Made by a program: the position numbers and the translations under genes. Shown piece by piece: positions 30,001 to 33,776 of a stretch of DNA of 33,776 nt. Position 1 is the first letter of the stretch; each line of letters opens with the position of its first letter. Origin of the DNA: an uncultured Heliomicrobium sp. (GTDB lineage: Bacteria > Acidobacteriota > Blastocatellia > RBC074); NCBI GenBank assembly GCA_964383955.1, contig CAYLJQ010000002.1, positions 1 through 33,776 of the forward strand, read 5' to 3'. A model generated the notes under the pieces. It saw only the letters and a list, made by a program, of their open reading frames with translations, did no database searches and had not been told where the DNA came from.

Positions 30001-33000
30001 CAGCACGTCGACAGGCTGCGCGGTGACGCAGAGTTTCAGCATCAATGTCACCTGCGTGACGAACCCAGTGGTGACGAATACGAATGACAGCGGCGCGGGC
30101 AGCTTGCGCGAAGCGATTGCCACGGCCTGTCCCGGCAGCACGATTACATTTGGTCTTCCGGCGAACTTGACGATTACGCTGACGTCGGGCGAACTGGCGC
30201 TCAACAAAAATCTGACGATTCAAGGGCCGGGGGCGCGACTGCTCACCGTGAGCGGCAACAATGCCTCACGCGTCTTCTTAATTCCCGTCGGCGTGACGGC
30301 GATTATCAACGACTTGACGGTCACGGGCGGCAATGGGGTTGGTGATAACAGTGGCCTCGGCGGCGGCATTCGCAATTGGGGCAGCTTGACGCTCAACCGC
30401 AGCGCCGTTTCGGGCAACACGGCGACTTTCTTCGGCGGCGGCATTCAAAATCTTGCAGGCGGCACGCTGACCTTGCATCAGAGCACGATCTCCGGCAATC
30501 GCACCGATTCAAACGGCGGCGGCGGCGGGATTGAGAACTCCGGTACGCTGCTGGTGATCAACTCGACCATCAGCGGCAACCAGGCCAACAACAGTGGCGG
30601 CGGCAGTGGTGGAGGCATCTGGACTGGCGGTCCAGTCACGCTTGTCAACAGCACCATCACGGGCAACGCGGCGGCTGGGCCAGGCAGCACGGGCGGCCTT
30701 TATCGTAGTGGTAATGCCGTCGTCACACTCAAGAACACCATCATTGCGGGCAACACCAGCACCAGCAACACCTGGGCGGATGTCAGGAGTTCGTCCAGTT
30801 CGGGCTTTAACTCTCAGGGCTATAACCTGATCGGGCAGAACGACAGCGCGGAGACGTTCTTCCCGCCGGGCAACCCGAACGCCAACCAGGACCGGGTCGG
30901 CACGTCCGGCTCCCCTCTCAACGCCCTGCTCACCTCGTTGCAGAACATCGGCGGCCCGACCGATACACACTGCCCACTGCCCGGCTCCCCTGCCATCAAT
31001 GCCGGTAACAACTGCGTGCTGGTGGACAACGGCTGTGGCAATAACGATCCGGCGCTGATCACCGATCAACGTGGATTCAATCGTCAGGTTGGCAGCGCCG
31101 TGGACATCGGCGCGTTTGAATCGCGCGGATTCACGCTTGCCGTCAGCAGCGGCGACAAGCAAAGCACCATCGCCGGTACGGCCTTCGCCAATCCCTTGAC
31201 CGTGACAGTAACTTCCGCCAGCGCAGAGCCGGTGGACGGCGGACAGGTCGTCTTCACACCGCCGGGCGTTGGTGCCAGCGCAAACATCGCGGGCCTTCCG
31301 GCGACAATCATCGCAGGCACGGCAATCACCGGAACCGTCACCGCCAACGAGATTACCGGTTCGTACTTCGTGATCGCCAGCGCCAACGGTGCGGCTGCGG
31401 ACGTGAATTTCAGTCTGACAAACATTCCTCCAAACTCGGCTCCGACGTTCACACCCGCCACAGCCATCAGCCGTCAGCAAGGCAGTCCGGCTGGCAATGC
31501 CACGACCATCGGCATGGTCAACGACCTGGAAACCGCTCCCGGTTCGCTGACCATTACGCAAGTCGCGGGCGGTACAGCCACAGGCATCACCGTCAGCAAC
31601 ATCACCAACAAGGGAGGAACCATTACGGCGCAGATCAGCGCTTCCTGTACAGCCGTTGAAGGCACTGTTCGCTTCCAGGTGTCGGATGGCAGCTTGACCG
31701 GCACGGGCGAGTTGATGGTCAGCGTGACCGCGAATGCGGTCCCGACAATCGCTTACGGCAATGTCACCGTGGCCGTTGGAGCTTCCACCACCAACAGCCC
31801 GACCACTGCAACTGACAATGGCTCCATCACCGGTTACAGCGTGCAGCCTGCAAAAACCTTCAGCGGAGCGCTTTCGGTGGATGCCGCCGGGCTGGTTTCC
31901 ATCAGCAATGCCGCGCCGGTTGGAACTCACACGATCACGATCCGCGCGACTGACAATTGCAATGCCTCGTCGGATGCAAGCTTCACACTGACCGTGACGA
32001 ACTCCGCACCGAGTATCACGACGCAAACCGGCCTGACGCGGCAACAAGGCGCGGCGGCTTCCAATTCGCAGATTGCGACCGTCAAGGATTCCGAAAGCGG
32101 CGGCAAGGGCGTGACTGTCACCGTCAATGGCGGACCTTCCGCGACGGTCAACGGCGTGACGGTGTCTGGCATCGCCAATTCCGGCGGCACGGTCACGGCG
32201 AACATCGCCGCCACCTGCGGAGCTTCCAACGCCAGCTTCACCCTGACCGCGACAGATGGAAATGGCGCAACAGCGACGGCAACCCTGAGCATCGCAGTAA
32301 CCGGCATCACGGTGAATCCGGCGAAACTGCTCAACGGGCTGACCTTCGCCCCTTACACCGAAACCTCGTCCGCAACAGGCGGAACCGGTTCGTATACGTT
32401 CAGTCTGGCTTCAGGAAGTCTGCCCGCCGGATTGACGCTCAACGGCAACCTGATTGTTGGAACGCCGACGACCGCCGGAGCTTCTACCTTCACCATCCGC
32501 GCCGATGACGATGCCAACACCTGCTTTGGCGAACAGACTTACACCATCAACATCGGCAGCACTGGCTTGATGTATTACCCGCTGGCGCGGCCTGTGCGCT
32601 TGCTGGACACGCGGCCCGGTGCCAGTCCCAACGCCTGCTTCCAACCCAACGCGCCGATTGCGGGCGGAACTTCGCGGCTGCAACCGGCTCGCGGAACTTG
32701 CGAAGGCCTGAACATTCCGGCCAACGCGACAACCATCACCGGGCACATCACCACAGTGCAATCCGGCGGAGGCTTCCTGACGCTCTATCCCAGCGATGCT
32801 CCGCAGCCGATGGTCACAAACTCCAATTACCTGCCGAATGAAATCCTGAACAACGCCTTCACCGTCGGCCTCGGAGCCAGCGACGGCGCGTTCAAGCTTT
32901 TCGTCAGCTCAAACACGGACGTAGTCATTGACGTGACCGGTTATTACGCGCCGCCGTCAGCAAGCGGCCTGTACTTCCATCCGCTGCCGAAACCGATTCG

Positions 33001-33754
33001 GTTGCTGGAAACGCGGACGGGCTTCAGCGGATGCCAGACACCGGGAGCGCCTTTGCAAACCGCAACCACGCGGACGCAAACCGGCGTGTTGACCTGCGAC
33101 GGCGTGACCATCCCAACGGGAGCGCTGGCACTGGTCGGCAACGCAACAACGACGAATTCAACGGGAAGCGGCTACCTGACGCTGTGGCCAGCGGACGCCG
33201 TGCAACCGTTCGCATCGAGCTCGAACTTCGCGGCGGGCATCAACCGCAACGCGCCTTTCACTGTTGGGCTTTCGCTGAACGGAGAGTTCAACATTTACAC
33301 AGCGCGAACGACGGACTTGGTGATTGACGTGATGGGCTACTACAGCACTGAGGCCAACGATGCGAACGGCCAAGGCCTGCTGTTCAACTCACTTGGTTCG
33401 CCGTTGCGGCTGCTTGACACCAGAGCCGCCCAATCGGCTTGTTACCAACCCGGCGCACCGATGACCGGAGGCACGGTCTATACGCAAGAGACGCAAATCC
33501 CCTGCACGAATCTGACGCCGACAGCACGAGGTCTGGTTGGCAACGTCTCTGCACTCAACGCGAGCGCGAACGGCTACCTGACCTTCTGGCCTAGCAACGC
33601 CCCGCAACCAACCGTGGCGACTTCGAATTACCAGACCGGCAGAGTCTTCAACCGCCACTTCACCGTCGGATTGGGAACAGACGCAGCCTTCAAGCGCTTC
33701 GCCGCTTCCAACACCGACGTCATCATTGATATCTCAGGCTTCTTCGCCCCTTGA
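27077..33754 (+). CDS. Giant secreted multidomain protein: signal peptide, 2 PPC-like domains, 2 parallel beta-helix (choice-of-anchor-Q / PMP-repeat-like) modules, Ig-like domains, 3 C-terminal repeats
   Basis: I prefer ATG 27077 (AAGGAAG RBS; MPKNIVV...LLVLLVLGVLASSALAG). EVEPNN/EVEPND...D(M/T)D(V/Y)(F/Y) PPC-like units at ~27299-28090. Modules at ~28111-29465 and ~30056-31125 start with CSLRGAL / GSLREAI, carry repeated GGGI(Y/H/F/R/Q/E/W)N turns and end in GSPAIDAG...DQRG...DIGA(V/F)E. LPAGLTL(D/N) putative-Ig units. Confidence 0.88.
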   Translation: MPKNIVVQFRFASLRHRKSSLLVLLVLGVLASSALAGLGLRGPSAFSSARAASKRLLKALVPAATPRAALATVSEVEPNNTTAQADGAPVQLTGATDVTGSIGTVGDMDVFKLSLSQGRVIAFEVFDATGTDCLTIATTLRILDGGGVTIASANSGSGINACSALTWMLNAGTYYVRVEQSTNSATIPAYLLRVKFLTDLGSEVEPNDTSATATAFNSSDAYIFGNHQTVTDTDYYALTVADGTSLKLELIEGDQAVETCESNGVDSILTLFDANGTALGTDNDGGRGACSQIDGRGATPTNSFAHNLAAGTYSIRVTSPTPAQAPENQFIYRLVVQTLVIPPLSLLVDNTSDDGSKTACDSNVANDCSLRGALARANGSAGNDTISFDPTIFASAQTISLTNGELVVANNGRLTINGPGANLLTVQRSTAQGTPNFRLFTINANTEVNLNGLTITGGRTVDGPNGDAATRGGNGDNGGGIHNSGSLALSNVIVTGNRTGIGGQSSRAGGNGGDGGGIYNSGTLTVSNSALLNNVTGNGRDFGGNSGRGGGIYNSGALTVSNSTFEGNRTGNGGDNGGAGGDGAGIYNAGTLSAANSTFQGNFTGNGQGQNSSMSSNGGSGGGIYNANTLSLTNCTLSANSTGSAGNVIPGFGAAGNGGGIFNGNNASSSTIRNTIVALNTTAGTGPDLSGGFTSLGYNLIGDNSGATLTPTLGNKIGTSASPIDPRLGALASHGGPTQILRLLFGSPAIDAGDDCVADAAHCGDANLAQLTTDQRGAGFPRKFGAQVDIGAVEADYTLVATGGTPQSTIINSNFSTPLQATLTGFGGSVAGETISFTVQPAGNGASIAPSTTINVTTNGLGQANVTVAANTIAGGPYLVAASIGNLSDTFTLTNTCPGFAMSLPTATGTLGQTYHSSVVATPSVSAPLSYHYALANNTALPAGLTLDANTGAVSGTLNTPGNVSFDIQAQLFNSSTSTGCAVTQSFSINVTCVTNPVVTNTNDSGAGSLREAIATACPGSTITFGLPANLTITLTSGELALNKNLTIQGPGARLLTVSGNNASRVFLIPVGVTAIINDLTVTGGNGVGDNSGLGGGIRNWGSLTLNRSAVSGNTATFFGGGIQNLAGGTLTLHQSTISGNRTDSNGGGGGIENSGTLLVINSTISGNQANNSGGGSGGGIWTGGPVTLVNSTITGNAAAGPGSTGGLYRSGNAVVTLKNTIIAGNTSTSNTWADVRSSSSSGFNSQGYNLIGQNDSAETFFPPGNPNANQDRVGTSGSPLNALLTSLQNIGGPTDTHCPLPGSPAINAGNNCVLVDNGCGNNDPALITDQRGFNRQVGSAVDIGAFESRGFTLAVSSGDKQSTIAGTAFANPLTVTVTSASAEPVDGGQVVFTPPGVGASANIAGLPATIIAGTAITGTVTANEITGSYFVIASANGAAADVNFSLTNIPPNSAPTFTPATAISRQQGSPAGNATTIGMVNDLETAPGSLTITQVAGGTATGITVSNITNKGGTITAQISASCTAVEGTVRFQVSDGSLTGTGELMVSVTANAVPTIAYGNVTVAVGASTTNSPTTATDNGSITGYSVQPAKTFSGALSVDAAGLVSISNAAPVGTHTITIRATDNCNASSDASFTLTVTNSAPSITTQTGLTRQQGAAASNSQIATVKDSESGGKGVTVTVNGGPSATVNGVTVSGIANSGGTVTANIAATCGASNASFTLTATDGNGATATATLSIAVTGITVNPAKLLNGLTFAPYTETSSATGGTGSYTFSLASGSLPAGLTLNGNLIVGTPTTAGASTFTIRADDDANTCFGEQTYTINIGSTGLMYYPLARPVRLLDTRPGASPNACFQPNAPIAGGTSRLQPARGTCEGLNIPANATTITGHITTVQSGGGFLTLYPSDAPQPMVTNSNYLPNEILNNAFTVGLGASDGAFKLFVSSNTDVVIDVTGYYAPPSASGLYFHPLPKPIRLLETRTGFSGCQTPGAPLQTATTRTQTGVLTCDGVTIPTGALALVGNATTTNSTGSGYLTLWPADAVQPFASSSNFAAGINRNAPFTVGLSLNGEFNIYTARTTDLVIDVMGYYSTEANDANGQGLLFNSLGSPLRLLDTRAAQSACYQPGAPMTGGTVYTQETQIPCTNLTPTARGLVGNVSALNASANGYLTFWPSNAPQPTVATSNYQTGRVFNRHFTVGLGTDAAFKRFAASNTDVIIDISGFFAP
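32567..33751 (+). repeat. Three tandem copies of a ~127-130-aa uncharacterised domain at the C-terminus of the giant protein
   Basis: Units at ~32567-32955, ~32965-33346 and ~33374-33751. Shared pattern: P(V/I/L)RLL(D/E)TR ... C.(Q/T)P(N/G)AP ... C ... G(F/Y)LT(L/F)(Y/W)P ... P..(S/T)(S/N)N(Y/F) ... FTVGL ... (T/N)TD(V/L)(V/I)IDV.G(Y/F)(Y/F). Confidence 0.8.
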
Positions 33755-33776
33755 AAATCCGCAGTCAGGTTTTGAA

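Noticed and set aside
30509-32047. 512-aa minus-strand ORF, with 27539..28522 and 28748..29497, inside the giant protein gene
   Set aside because: These are R/G/A-rich antisense shadow ORFs. The plus-strand frame has clear domain structure and repeats, and the minus-strand frames have none.

Overview
Gene-dense chromosomal segment, GC roughly in the high 50s % by eye. It looks acidobacterial; this is an inference from the TIGR02999-type ECF sigma factor paired with a Ser/Thr kinase carrying a TolB-like propeller, strong GGAGG ribosome-binding sites, and many palindromic intergenic elements. All genes from 232 to 19506 are on the minus strand. (1) 232-7990 is a complete tripartite ABC-2 efflux operon: TolC, HlyD-type adaptor, double-NBD YbhF-like ATPase, two ABC-2 permeases. 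A ~340-bp low-GC spacer inside it carries an SD-preceded small TM ORF. (2) 8115-9342 holds three small uncharacterised genes: a zinc-ribbon tail-anchored membrane protein, a STAS-like protein, and an exported glycine-zipper-anchored protein. A near-consensus sigma-54 promoter lies at 9412-9427, with repeat-rich candidate enhancer sites about 100 bp upstream. (3) 9710-14467 encodes a 1585-aa sigma-54 enhancer-binding protein with seven tandem GAF domains. This protein plus its adjacent promoter and regulon is my best candidate for a novel system. (4) gyrB and recF follow, preceded by a translationally coupled zinc-ribbon kinase-like gene that lacks both metal-binding catalytic residues. On the plus strand are a Tat-exported sugar-phosphate isomerase/epimerase-like protein and a penicillin/AHL-acylase family protein. 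Next, on the minus strand, come an ECF sigma gene and its partner Ser/Thr kinase (TM plus PD40 propeller). The kinase gene is split inside the activation loop by a 101-nt palindromic 8-mer repeat element. Divergent from the sigma gene is a 2225-aa secreted protein: 2 PPC domains, 2 beta-helix modules, Ig-like domains, and 3 copies of an uncharacterised C-terminal domain. At least seven unrelated palindromic elements sit at gene boundaries. I found no tRNA, rRNA, CRISPR, transposase or integrase.
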